The notes beneath the pieces were generated by a model that saw nothing but the letters and a program-made list of their open reading frames with translations, was not told the DNA's origin and did not search any database. Below, piece after piece: positions 18,485 to 27,997 of a stretch of DNA of 64,000 nt (position 1 is the first letter of the stretch; every line of letters starts with the position of its first letter). Source of the stretch: Patescibacteria group bacterium (GTDB lineage: Bacteria; Patescibacteriota; Minisyncoccia; 2-02-FULL-40-12; IGHO2-01-FULL-4-A). The translations under genes and the position numbers were made by a program. The DNA lies in assembly GCA_038064915.1 (NCBI GenBank), contig JBBTSB010000004.1, positions 24,874-88,873 of the forward strand. Reading direction: 5' to 3'.

Positions 18485-19678
18485 ATGAGATTATCTAATC
18501 TATTCACTCGCACCACCCGCGAGAATCCTGCTGATGAAGTGTCGGTCAATGCACAATTGCTTGAACGGGCGGGGTTTGTGTATAAAAACAACGCTGGCAT
18601 CTATTCGTATTTACCTCTTGGATGGCGCGTGATTGAAAAAATTAAAAAAATAATAAAAGAAGAAATGGATGCGGTTGGGGGTACTGAAGTACTCATGCCA
18701 GCGTTGATTGATAAAAAATACTATGAGGCCGCCGGACGGGCTGATATAAAAGTGGGTTTTAAGACAGGAGATGATCAGTTTATTCTTGGCTGGTCACACG
18801 AAGAAATATTGACGTCGATGGTCGGGAGGTACTTGAGTTCCTACAAGGATTTGCCATCTTCCATTTATCAAATTCAGACAAAATTTAGAAACGAAGCCCG
18901 GGCAAAATCGGGTCTCCTTCGTGGCCGCGAGTTCATGATGAAAGATATGTATAGTTTTCATGCCAATGAGCATGATTTTTTGGAATATTACGAAAAAGTT
19001 GGGCGGGCCTACCAGAATGTATTTGAACGATGCGGCCTCAAGGCATACTACACGCTTGCGGCGGGCGGGGATTTTACAGCGAGCAATACCCATGAATTCC
19101 AGGTTTTGACAAAGTCCGGAGAGGATTTAATTTTGCTCTGTCCGAAGTGCAGTTGGGCGATCAACAAGGAAATTGCCAATATGACGATTTGTCCAAAGTG
19201 CGGTGAGGAGCTTATCGAAGAGAAATCCATTGAAGCTGGAAATATTTTTCCACTGGGAACAAAGTACAGCAAAGCGCTCGGTTTGCAGTTCACTGATGAG
19301 AAAGGAGAAAAACAGCATGTCATCATGGGTTGCTATGGTATCGGTATTTCGAGGCTTTTGGGGACGATCGTAGAGGTTCATCATGATGATAGAGGCATGA
19401 TGTGGCCAGACACTGTGTCGCCATTCAAAGTGCATCTCGTTGCGCTACCTGGCGGGGACGATGAGGCAGAAAAAATATATAGCGAAGGCATGTTGTATGA
19501 TGATCGCCAAGATAAAACTGCCGGTGAGAAATTTGCCGATGCCGATCTCATTGGTTGTCCGATTCGCGTTGTAGTGAGCAAGAAAACCTTGGAACAAAAT
19601 TCTGTTGAAGTAAAACAACGCGCCGAAAAGGAATTCACGCTCATCCCCTTGACACAAATCCACGAAATGCTAAAGTAA
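18485..19678 (+). CDS. proS: Proline--tRNA ligase (short form without the editing domain)
   Basis: GIYSYLPLG, QIQTKFRNEAR..GLLRGREF.MKD, MGCYGIG, GEKFADADLIG. Confidence 0.96.
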   Translation: MRLSNLFTRTTRENPADEVSVNAQLLERAGFVYKNNAGIYSYLPLGWRVIEKIKKIIKEEMDAVGGTEVLMPALIDKKYYEAAGRADIKVGFKTGDDQFILGWSHEEILTSMVGRYLSSYKDLPSSIYQIQTKFRNEARAKSGLLRGREFMMKDMYSFHANEHDFLEYYEKVGRAYQNVFERCGLKAYYTLAAGGDFTASNTHEFQVLTKSGEDLILLCPKCSWAINKEIANMTICPKCGEELIEEKSIEAGNIFPLGTKYSKALGLQFTDEKGEKQHVIMGCYGIGISRLLGTIVEVHHDDRGMMWPDTVSPFKVHLVALPGGDDEAEKIYSEGMLYDDRQDKTAGEKFADADLIGCPIRVVVSKKTLEQNSVEVKQRAEKEFTLIPLTQIHEMLK

Positions 19679-19684
19679 TCGACG

Positions 19685-19760
19685 AACCTAGAAAACAGTC
19701 TCTCGAATAGGTGTTTGCCTGTTCTTTCAATACTATTCGAGACTGTTTTCTAGGTTTTTT
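19685..19760 (+). terminator. Long hairpin with T-run (terminator or small RNA)
   Basis: AACCTAGAAAACAGTC-TC-TCGAATAG ... CTATTCGA-GACTGTTTTCTAGGTT followed by TTTT. Confidence 0.7.
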
Positions 19761-19793
19761 GCTTGTTGATCATTTTTTTGATAGGGTACGCAC

Positions 19794-20843
19794 ATGCTCA
19801 ATAAGTTTTTCGGCTTGTTCTCAAAAGATATCGGTATTGACCTAGGAACGGCCAATACGCTCGTATATGTGAAAAATGAAGGTATTATCATTAACGAGCC
19901 CTCGATTGTTGCACTCAACCAAAAGACGGGACAAATTTTAGCCATCGGACAGGAAGCTCGAAAAATGGTCGGAAGAACACCGGCATTCATAGCTGTCACG
20001 AAACCACTCATTGCGGGAGTAGTTTCTGATTTTGAGGTGACTGAACAAATGCTCAAATATTTCATTGATCGCGCACATCAAAAATCATTCACGCTTGCTC
20101 CGCGACCTCGAGTTGTCATTGGTATTCCTTCGAGTATCACCGAAGTGGAAAAAAAAGCGGTAGAAGATGCCGCATACAATGCCGGTGCCCGCGAGGTATA
20201 CCTGATTGAGGAGCCAATGGCTGCGGCTCTCGGTGCCCGACTTCCTGTGCAGGAAGCCGCCGCGAACTTTATCGTTGATATAGGAGGTGGAACCACGGAT
20301 GTCGCCATGATCTCCATGGGAGGTGTTGTTGCATCCCGATCGTTGAAAATTGCTGGAGATCGGCTTACGCAAAATATTTCCCAATTTGTGCGTGAGGAGC
20401 ACAACATGCTCATTGGCGAGACCACGACTGAAACGATCAAGACCACCATTGGCTCTGCCTATCCGCTGGCCGAGGAGCAGACCATGCGCATTCGTGGGAG
20501 GGACGTTCTCACCGGTTTACCAAAGGAGATGACGATCACTTCTCAAGAAGTCCGCAAGGCAATGCATTCCTCTATTCGCTCGATCGTCGTTTCCATCAAG
20601 AGTACGATAGAAGAAACACCGCCAGAACTTATTGCTGATCTCATAAACCGAAGTATTATTTTGACCGGAGGCGGCAGCTTGCTCCGTGGTCTCGACGAAC
20701 TTATCCACCATGAGACAAATCTTCCTGTTCAAATTATTGATGATCCTCTTACGTCCGTCGTGCGTGGATGTGGAATGGTTCTCGAGCACATTGAAGAGTT
20801 AAAACCTATTCTCGTATGGTCGGCAAAAGAAGCATATATTTAA
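19794..20843 (+). CDS. mreB: Rod shape-determining protein MreB
   Basis: IGIDLGTAN, EEPMAAALGA, VDIGGGTT, LTGGGSLL. Confidence 0.98.
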   Translation: MLNKFFGLFSKDIGIDLGTANTLVYVKNEGIIINEPSIVALNQKTGQILAIGQEARKMVGRTPAFIAVTKPLIAGVVSDFEVTEQMLKYFIDRAHQKSFTLAPRPRVVIGIPSSITEVEKKAVEDAAYNAGAREVYLIEEPMAAALGARLPVQEAAANFIVDIGGGTTDVAMISMGGVVASRSLKIAGDRLTQNISQFVREEHNMLIGETTTETIKTTIGSAYPLAEEQTMRIRGRDVLTGLPKEMTITSQEVRKAMHSSIRSIVVSIKSTIEETPPELIADLINRSIILTGGGSLLRGLDELIHHETNLPVQIIDDPLTSVVRGCGMVLEHIEELKPILVWSAKEAYI

Positions 20844-21517
20844 ATTTTCTTTTTCTCCTGTTGGCGTGTGGAATTGTTTTTTTTCTCAATGCCGCTGTTT
20901 TGCATAATATTCTTCCCGACCGTATGTATCGCGTGCTTGGGCTAGTTGTCAAAAAAGATGTGCGAGTGATCGGGGAATCCATCGCTTCAGAAGCGCTTGA
21001 GCGTGAGAACGCCATCTTACGGAAACAGTTGGATGTTGCACAAAAAATTTCCCGAACACTGAAGCTCGCGAACATTATTTCTATCGAGCGGACCATTCTC
21101 GTTTCGACGATTGTTATTGATTTGGGCGTTGCAGATGGTATCGAGGAGGGGATGGTCGTGATTGGCTCCGGAAACGTGCTCACCGGCAGGGTGAGCGAAG
21201 TTTTTGAGCACACCTCGCGCGTGATACTTGTCGATGATCCGCGCATCATCGTGAGTGTCCGCCTTCAGGGAACTTCGCTTCTTGCCGAGTCACGTGGAAA
21301 TCGCAGCAATCGAATTGATCTGAACCTCGTCGCACACAACGAAACGGTGCACGTTGATGATACGATTGTCACGAGCGGATTGGACCAGTTTCCCGAGGGA
21401 TTGGCCGTGGGATGGGTTACCGATGTCCAGCCCGGCGACAACAGCCTTTTCCAAAAAATTTCTGGATCGGTGTTTTTTAATTTTTATGAAAGTCCACTAC
21501 TTTTTGTTATTTTTTAG
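20816..21517 (+). CDS. mreC: Rod shape-determining protein MreC
   Basis: N-terminal TM, ERENAILR, IDLG..DGI..GM.V, VTSGLD.FP.GL.VG; exact start uncertain. Confidence 0.9.
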   Translation: MVGKRSIYLNFLFLLLACGIVFFLNAAVLHNILPDRMYRVLGLVVKKDVRVIGESIASEALERENAILRKQLDVAQKISRTLKLANIISIERTILVSTIVIDLGVADGIEEGMVVIGSGNVLTGRVSEVFEHTSRVILVDDPRIIVSVRLQGTSLLAESRGNRSNRIDLNLVAHNETVHVDDTIVTSGLDQFPEGLAVGWVTDVQPGDNSLFQKISGSVFFNFYESPLLFVIF

Positions 21518-21758
21518 TCTTGGTTTCATCCTGGATCAGTTCGGGAGTCTCCTTTTTCCTGGACGATTGTGGGTGACGCCACTGGTTCTGATCGCCTGCA
21601 TGATTGCGGATAGATTGTTGTATCAGCATCTTTTGGTTTTCCTTTTCTGTGCGATCATCATGGATCTTTTTTCAGGACTGCCATTTGGGTTGACGACCAT
21701 GATGTTTGTCATTTTTGGCCTTTGCATTGAGGTTTTGCGCAAATGGATTAGGATATAG
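21486..21758 (+). CDS. mreD: Short MreD-like membrane protein
   Basis: Lies between mreC and mrdA; DLFSGLPFG motif; only 90 aa. Confidence 0.6.
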   Translation: MKVHYFLLFFSLGFILDQFGSLLFPGRLWVTPLVLIACMIADRLLYQHLLVFLFCAIIMDLFSGLPFGLTTMMFVIFGLCIEVLRKWIRI

Positions 21759-21760
21759 AT

Positions 21761-23494
21761 ATGTTACCAAAAAAGTACAACGTACAGCGGCTCGAGGAAG
21801 AGGCCGTAAGTCCGGAAGAAACGCTTTTGGACACGGAGAGCAGACATTCGGCGGTTGAACTGCCCATCAGCCGCAACGTGGTTCGCGCCCTCTATGGCAT
21901 AGTAGGATTGGTGATGCTTGGTTTTCTCGTGCAGGCGTTCCAACTCCAAATTGTTGAAGGAAAAACGTTTGCACTCCTTGCTGATCAAAGTCGATTTAAT
22001 CGCTACCCGGTGCCGTCCTTGCGCGGAGTCATATATGACAGAAACGGAAAGCCCATCGTGGAAAATGAACCTGTTTTCGACTTGGTCGCCGTACGCAGTG
22101 AACTCAACGATGAGGAGCTTCTTGAGGGGCATCAGCATGAGGGAGTTTTTGTAGTAAAAAAAAATATTCCCAAAGAAGAAGCTATTCGTCTTCAAGTTGC
22201 TGAACAGCCGGGTTTGTATGTTGCCACCTATGCTCGAAGGTCGTATGTGTATGGAAAAGCGTTTGGACACGTGGCGGGCTATACGTCGCAAGTCACGCCC
22301 GATGATATTCTTGAAAATGATTCGTTTCATTTACAGGAGCGTACGGGGCGTATAGGACTTGAAGCATTTTATGATTCCATCATTAGGGGAGAAGGATATG
22401 AAATATTTCTCAATCCTGAAACGATTCGGACACAATCTCCCATTTCAGGTCAGAGTATTTTTACCACGTTGGATATTGATGTTCAGCTAAATCTATTTGC
22501 ATCGGTTGATGCGGTATTTCGTTCTGCGGGCGTCCGGCGGGGCGCGGCGATTGTGCAAAACGTAAAGACGGGCGAGGTGCTTGGCATTGTGAGTATGCCT
22601 ACGTTTGATCCAAACGATATCACCGGAGAAGTTCTGCAAAATCAAGATCATCCTTTGTTCAATAGGGTTATTAGCGGTCTTTACAGTCCCGGGTCAACAA
22701 TTAAACCCCTTTACGCTCTCGTTGGACTTACGGAAGGCGTCGTTAATCCTTCGACGACGATTTTTGCGGATGGAGCCATTGAAGTGCAAAGCGAGGTCGA
22801 TTCGTCGCAGTATTTTACTTTTCGAGATTGGAAGGTGCATGGGTGGACTGATATCTATAAAGCGATCGCGGATTCCGTCGATGTCTATTTTTATGCGCTT
22901 GGCGGGGGGTATGGGGAAATTCGAGGTGTCGGTATCGATGTGATTGAAAAGTATTTGCGGTCAGCGCACGCCGATCAGAAAACAGGTATTGATCTTCCGT
23001 TTGAAACAAAGGGGTTTGTGCCTTCAAAAAAATGGAAGAGAGAAACGAAGAATGATTCTTGGTATATTGGAGACACCTACAACGTTTCCATAGGACAAGG
23101 CGACCTTCTGGTGACTCCCCTATGGCTTAATACGTATATTGGGGCAATTGCAAACGGTGGGAAACTCATGAAACCGTACATCGTACAGAGTGAGCCTGAA
23201 GTTGTGGGAACGTTGCCGTTTGATGAAAAAACGATGGCGATTGTGCGCAAGGGAATGCGCCAAACCATTACAGACGGCACGGGACAATTGCTCAAAGATT
23301 TGCCAAAGCCTGTTGCCGCAAAGACGGGAACTGCTCAAGTTACGGGCCGGGGTTTGAATTCTCTTTTTGTCGTCTACGGTCCTACCGATGATCCGGAAAT
23401 TGTCATGACGATACTGGTAGAAAATATCCCACAAAGCCAATCTCTTGCCATGCAGGTTGCACGCCAGTTTTTAATGTGGTATTTTACTCGGTAG
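21761..23494 (+). CDS. mrdA: Penicillin-binding protein 2
   Basis: RGVIYDRNG, PGSTIK (SxxK), SVD, AKTGTAQ. Confidence 0.93.
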   Translation: MLPKKYNVQRLEEEAVSPEETLLDTESRHSAVELPISRNVVRALYGIVGLVMLGFLVQAFQLQIVEGKTFALLADQSRFNRYPVPSLRGVIYDRNGKPIVENEPVFDLVAVRSELNDEELLEGHQHEGVFVVKKNIPKEEAIRLQVAEQPGLYVATYARRSYVYGKAFGHVAGYTSQVTPDDILENDSFHLQERTGRIGLEAFYDSIIRGEGYEIFLNPETIRTQSPISGQSIFTTLDIDVQLNLFASVDAVFRSAGVRRGAAIVQNVKTGEVLGIVSMPTFDPNDITGEVLQNQDHPLFNRVISGLYSPGSTIKPLYALVGLTEGVVNPSTTIFADGAIEVQSEVDSSQYFTFRDWKVHGWTDIYKAIADSVDVYFYALGGGYGEIRGVGIDVIEKYLRSAHADQKTGIDLPFETKGFVPSKKWKRETKNDSWYIGDTYNVSIGQGDLLVTPLWLNTYIGAIANGGKLMKPYIVQSEPEVVGTLPFDEKTMAIVRKGMRQTITDGTGQLLKDLPKPVAAKTGTAQVTGRGLNSLFVVYGPTDDPEIVMTILVENIPQSQSLAMQVARQFLMWYFTR

Positions 23495-23496
23495 AC

Positions 23497-23952
23497 ATGA
23501 CACAATATTTTTCTGCTGAAGGTCTAGAAAAGCTTAAACAAGAGTTGGCTGAACGCGAAGGAACCATTCGTGCCGAGATAGCTCGGCGTATTTTGGATGC
23601 AAAAGAACTGGGTGATCTTTCCGAGAATGCGGAATATGCAGAAGCAAGAGAATCGCAAGGGATGAATGAAGGGAGAATTCAAGAACTGCAAGATATCATC
23701 AAAAACGCCATCGTCATCGGGCCGAACCAGCAAAACAAAACCGTCATGGTTGGTTCTACAGTGAGTGTAAAATTCAATGGCAATGAACGGCAATTTACCA
23801 TTGTTGGTCCGTCGGAGTCCAATCCTACGCAAGGCTTTATTTCCAACGAATCTCCGCTGGGTATGGCATTTATCGGCAAAAAAAAGGGAGAAGAGTTTGA
23901 AGTTCTCGTTCCCAGTGGTAAAATGAAGTATAAGATTTTAGATATCAAGTAA
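23497..23952 (+). CDS. greA: Transcription elongation factor GreA
   Basis: GDLSENAEY, ISNESPLG. Confidence 0.97.
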   Translation: MTQYFSAEGLEKLKQELAEREGTIRAEIARRILDAKELGDLSENAEYAEARESQGMNEGRIQELQDIIKNAIVIGPNQQNKTVMVGSTVSVKFNGNERQFTIVGPSESNPTQGFISNESPLGMAFIGKKKGEEFEVLVPSGKMKYKILDIK

Positions 23953-25196
23953 TGCCACTGGATGAAATCAAGCAAGCTCGGCTTGAAAAATTAAAGAAGA
24001 TCGAAGATCCCTACCCCACGCATACATCGCGTACGCATACGATTGCGCAAGCCGATGGTGAGGACGTTTTGATTTTGGTGGGTCGTGTGATGGCAATGCG
24101 GGGCCACGGAGCGATCACGTTTATGGATTTGCGGGATGGGACGGGATCAATTCAACTTTTTCTTGAAGGCGAGAAAAATCTCATAGACATTGGGGATTTT
24201 ATAGAAGCCGAAGGAAAGCTTTTTATCACAAAAGCTGGCGAGAAAACCCTCCGCGTCTCGAGCTGGAAGATGCTCGCAAAATCTCTCCTCCCACTTCCTG
24301 AAAAATGGCACGGATTGCAGGATGTCGAAGAGCGCTATCGCAAGCGTTACCTGGATTTGCTCATGAATCCGGAGACCAAGGCCATTTTTGAACAGCGGGC
24401 GTTGATTATCCAGAAAATGAGAACTTTTCTCCTAGAACATCATTTCGTAGAAGTGCAAACTCCTACGCTACAGCCTCTCTATGGCGGTGCGTCGGCGCGG
24501 CCGTTTAAGACGCACATGAACGCCTTGGATATGGATTTATTTTTGCGGATAGCCCCGGAGCTTTATCTTAAGCGATTATTGGTGGGGGGTTTTGAGCGTG
24601 TGTTTGAATTTACAACTAATTTTCGCAATGAAGGCATGGATCGGGAGCACAATCCGGAATTTTCCGCCGTGGAGTTTTATATTGCATACAAAGATTACGA
24701 ATGGGGAATGGATTTTATTGAGGATTTGCTGTGCACGATTGCACCGGAAAAATTCAAAAAACCCTTCAAAAGAATTAGATATGCCGAGCTTATGCAACCG
24801 TATAATTCATTGGAAGACGAAGTTTTCAAAGAGAAAGTACGCCATACGCTCATCCAGCCAACATTTGTCTACGATTATCCAAAAGACATGTTCCCGCTGG
24901 CAAAAGACGTATTTCAGTTTTATGCAGGAGGGTTTGAATTGGTTAAGGCGTTCAGTGAACTCAATGATCCGATTGACCAGCGCGAGCGTTTTGCTGCACA
25001 GGAAAATTTGAGAGCGAAGGGCGATGAGGAAGCACAACGTATGGATGAGGATTTTATTGAAGCACTCGAATATGGTATGCCGCCAGCCGCAGGTTTTGGC
25101 ATCGGCCTGGATCGTTTGATTGCCTATTTGACCGACTCTCACTCCATCCGGGAAGTAATCCTGTTTCCGTTGATGAAACGAAAGAAAGACGAATAA
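23952..25196 (+). CDS. lysS: Lysine--tRNA ligase (class II, compact)
   Basis: RYRKRYLDL, GGASARPF, LRIAPELYLKRL, FRNEG, ELNDP, YGMPPAAGFGIGLDRL. Confidence 0.98.
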   Translation: MPLDEIKQARLEKLKKIEDPYPTHTSRTHTIAQADGEDVLILVGRVMAMRGHGAITFMDLRDGTGSIQLFLEGEKNLIDIGDFIEAEGKLFITKAGEKTLRVSSWKMLAKSLLPLPEKWHGLQDVEERYRKRYLDLLMNPETKAIFEQRALIIQKMRTFLLEHHFVEVQTPTLQPLYGGASARPFKTHMNALDMDLFLRIAPELYLKRLLVGGFERVFEFTTNFRNEGMDREHNPEFSAVEFYIAYKDYEWGMDFIEDLLCTIAPEKFKKPFKRIRYAELMQPYNSLEDEVFKEKVRHTLIQPTFVYDYPKDMFPLAKDVFQFYAGGFELVKAFSELNDPIDQRERFAAQENLRAKGDEEAQRMDEDFIEALEYGMPPAAGFGIGLDRLIAYLTDSHSIREVILFPLMKRKKDE

Positions 25197-25251
25197 AAAG
25201 CCAAAACCCCGTCGTACAGACCGGGGCGGCCGCGCGCGGGGTTGGGTGGTA

Positions 25252-25455
25252 CTAGAAATGCGAGTAGGGATCTAGACGTCGCATGTCACTCTTGAGCTCA
25301 GAAAATCGACCCGGATAGAGTCGGTCAAGCTCTTGGATGACCTCCAGGACTTCGCCGAAATCCGGACCATCGGCAAGCCACGCTCGAATCCTACTTTCAA
25401 TTATGCGCTTCGAGGCGCTTCTGTCCTGGGAGAGTTTTCGGAGCTGTTCTTTCAT
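25252..25455 (-). CDS. Orphan 67-aa protein in an SD-led cassette
   Basis: SD GAGGAG; upstream TTGACA (25514-25509) and IR GCTACG-8-CGTAGC; downstream GC hairpin plus T-run at about 25198-25226. Confidence 0.65.
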   Translation of the reverse strand: MKEQLRKLSQDRSASKRIIESRIRAWLADGPDFGEVLEVIQELDRLYPGRFSELKSDMRRLDPYSHF

Positions 25456-25536
25456 ATCTCTCCTCTCGCTTCCTGACGGGTGGAAGCTACGATATATAAC
25501 GTAGCAACTGTCAATAAGTGACAGTGAGCCTCCCGC

Positions 25537-25620
25537 TCAAAAAACGAAGCCCCGTTCAACACTCTGTCGAACGGGGGTTCGACTAGCGCGAGCGGGGCAG
25601 GGCGGGGGAGCAATCTTCAT
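25537..25620 (-). CDS. 27-aa orphan peptide MKIAPPPCPARASRTPVRQSVERGFVF (or a small RNA)
   Basis: Upstream TTGACA-17-TATTTA; SD GGAGG; the ORF runs through its own terminator hairpin. Confidence 0.4.
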   Translation of the reverse strand: MKIAPPPCPARASRTPVRQSVERGFVF

Positions 25621-25718
25621 TGAAGTCCTCCAATGGTTTTATAAATAGCATGAAAAATATGTACTGTCAAGCATAAAAAATGACGCCGCCCCGCTATGGT
25701 CGACTGTGGTTAAGTCGT

Positions 25719-25964
25719 TCAGCGGGGCGTGGAACCTTCCTCCTTCAGAAGCTCTAGATGTCCGATTACTTGCTGGTCTTTCCACCAGCGTGCCGCCTTT
25801 CCGATCACTTCTCCCTCTAGTACCCACCACTGGGAGTTGATGAAGGGAAACGGACATCGAATTCGATGCAGCGTGTAGATGCCTGGCTGTAACAGATGTG
25901 TCCGCGCATCGGAGAGATCGGAGGCATCGATGAGCTCCAGGGGGTACTTCGTTCTGACCTTCAT
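25719..25964 (-). CDS. Orphan 81-aa protein in an SD-led cassette
   Basis: TTGTAA-17-TATTCT promoter, SD AAGGAGG, MKVRTKYPLE...; hairpin CGCCCCGCT...AGCGGGGCG plus T-run. Confidence 0.7.
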   Translation of the reverse strand: MKVRTKYPLELIDASDLSDARTHLLQPGIYTLHRIRCPFPFINSQWWVLEGEVIGKAARWWKDQQVIGHLELLKEEGSTPR

Positions 25965-26018
25965 GGGACCCTCCTTGGGATTCCAAGAATACGATATTTG
26001 TGCTAAATTTACAAGATC

Positions 26019-27290
26019 ATGCTTGATATCAAATTTATTCGCGAAAACCCCGACATCGTAAAGCAAGCGGCGAAAAACAAAAACGTTGCCGTTGATATTG
26101 ATAAACTTCTCGCACTTGATGAGCGCCGGAGACATTTGCAAGGGGAACTTGATCAGGCAAATAGCTTTCGCAATGCCATTGCTGATGCGTCAAAGAGCGG
26201 GAAGCCCAGCCCCGATCAAATCGCCGAAGGCAAAAAATATAAAGAGCAAGCGAGTACGCTTGAGGGAGAGTTGAAGATCGTAGAAACTGAATTTCATGAG
26301 CTCATGCTCATGGTGCCGCAAATTTCAGATCCATCAGTGCCTGAAGGTGCGAAGGATGATGATAACAAAGAAATCCGAACATGGGGCGAAATTCCAAGCT
26401 TTGATTTTGAACCAAAAGATTATATGGCCATCATGGAGTCATTGGATTTGGTGGATGTGGAACGTGGCGCAAAAGTTTCCGGCTTCCGCGGCTATTTTCT
26501 CAAAAATGAAGCTGTTCTGCTTTCGCAGGCATTGTGGATGTTCGCGCTTTCCCAGCTTATAAAAAAAGGCTTTACACCGATTATCGCTCCCGCCATTGCA
26601 AAAGAGTTGGCATTTCGTGGTACAGGCTGGTTACCGCAAGGGAAAGATGAGATATACAAAATAGGGGAGGACGAATTTTTGATCGGAACTTCAGAAGTTT
26701 CCGTCATGGCATACCATAGCGATGAAATTTTGAAAGAAAGCGATCTTCCAAAAAAATACGTTGCATTCTCGCCTTGTTTTCGCTCCGAAGCCGGGTCATA
26801 TGGCAAAGATACGAAAGGCATCCTTCGTGTACATGAATTTTATAAAATCGAGCAAGTCATTCTTGGCAAGGCCGATCATGAGGATTCGGTGCAGTGGCAT
26901 GAAGAAATTACCAAAAATTCTGAAGAACTTGTCCAGGCTTTGAATCTACCCTATCGGGTTGTACTGAATTGTGCAGGAGATCTGGGGCTTGGCCAGGTCA
27001 AAAAATACGATATTGAAACGTGGCTTCCGTCGCAACAGCGCTACCGCGAAACGCACTCGGCCTCCTATTTTCATGACTTTCAGACACGCCGGTTGAATAT
27101 CAAATATCGAGACAACAAAGGTGATACGCAGTTTGCCTACTCACTCAACAACACCGCCATTGCCACCCCGCGAATTCTAGCCAACATCCTAGAGAACTAC
27201 CAGACTAAATCGGGAACCGTCAAAATCCCCGAAATTCTCAAGCCCTGGATGATGGGCTGTGACGAAATATTCCCGCCGTCCACTTCGTGA
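26019..27290 (+). CDS. serS: Serine--tRNA ligase
   Basis: MLDIKFIRENP, GTSEV, CFRSEAGSYG, RVHEFYKIEQ, SLNNTAIATPR. Confidence 0.98.
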   Translation: MLDIKFIRENPDIVKQAAKNKNVAVDIDKLLALDERRRHLQGELDQANSFRNAIADASKSGKPSPDQIAEGKKYKEQASTLEGELKIVETEFHELMLMVPQISDPSVPEGAKDDDNKEIRTWGEIPSFDFEPKDYMAIMESLDLVDVERGAKVSGFRGYFLKNEAVLLSQALWMFALSQLIKKGFTPIIAPAIAKELAFRGTGWLPQGKDEIYKIGEDEFLIGTSEVSVMAYHSDEILKESDLPKKYVAFSPCFRSEAGSYGKDTKGILRVHEFYKIEQVILGKADHEDSVQWHEEITKNSEELVQALNLPYRVVLNCAGDLGLGQVKKYDIETWLPSQQRYRETHSASYFHDFQTRRLNIKYRDNKGDTQFAYSLNNTAIATPRILANILENYQTKSGTVKIPEILKPWMMGCDEIFPPSTS

Positions 27291-27929
27291 AAGTTTTGTC
27301 TCGATCTCCGGATGCCGTTTGAGATAATCGGCGACTTTTGGTGCGATGATGTCTTCTTGGCAAATCAACTGGATATGTTTTGGCATCAAGCTTTTGAGAA
27401 CGCCGTAGTGCGTACAACCAAGTATCAAAGTATCAATGTTGTGTTGTGAAAGCGGTTTTACGTACTCATCGACAGTTTTTTTATAAATTTTTCCCGATTC
27501 GATCATCGGTACGAGCTTGGGTGCGGCTTGTTGGAAGACTTCAGCATCAGGAAGAAGTTTTTTTATTTCAGATACATAGGTGCCCGAGTCGACGGTACTT
27601 TGTGTCGCAAGAACTCCGATCCGCTTACCGTGGGCCTCTTCTGCGGTCGGAATTATAATACCCAATGCGCGGTACCCCTCGTGCTGTAATCTGCGCAAGG
27701 CACGAGCAGAGGCCGTATTGCAAAACAAAAAAACTATTGCGCAATCGTGCGAGAATAAAAAGTCTAATGCCCTTTTTGTGAAGCGATAAACGTCCTCTTG
27801 AGATTTGTCGCCGTAGGGAAGGTTTTTGGTATCGCCCAGATATACGTAATCGTATTGTGGTAACGCCGCAACCACCGGCTTCATCAAAAAAAGCCCTCCA
27901 AGTCCTGAATCAAATACACCGATTTTCAT
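27189..27929 (-). CDS. murI: Glutamate racemase
   Basis: IGVFDSGLGG, PYG, CNTAS, ILGCTHY. Confidence 0.97.
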   Translation of the reverse strand: MKIGVFDSGLGGLFLMKPVVAALPQYDYVYLGDTKNLPYGDKSQEDVYRFTKRALDFLFSHDCAIVFLFCNTASARALRRLQHEGYRALGIIIPTAEEAHGKRIGVLATQSTVDSGTYVSEIKKLLPDAEVFQQAAPKLVPMIESGKIYKKTVDEYVKPLSQHNIDTLILGCTHYGVLKSLMPKHIQLICQEDIIAPKVADYLKRHPEIETKLSRSGRREYFVTAHHPGLENFGDFDGSRFSLVVL

Positions 27930-27997
27930 GATTTGTCAAATTTAGCGTTCTATGCTACAGTAAAGCCTCGCCCAACAAGCGATTTTATTTTACCACA

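Noticed and set aside
19655-19678. ATGCTAAAGT as a second HisR-type site
   Set aside because: Only one half-site; better explained as an extended -10 box.
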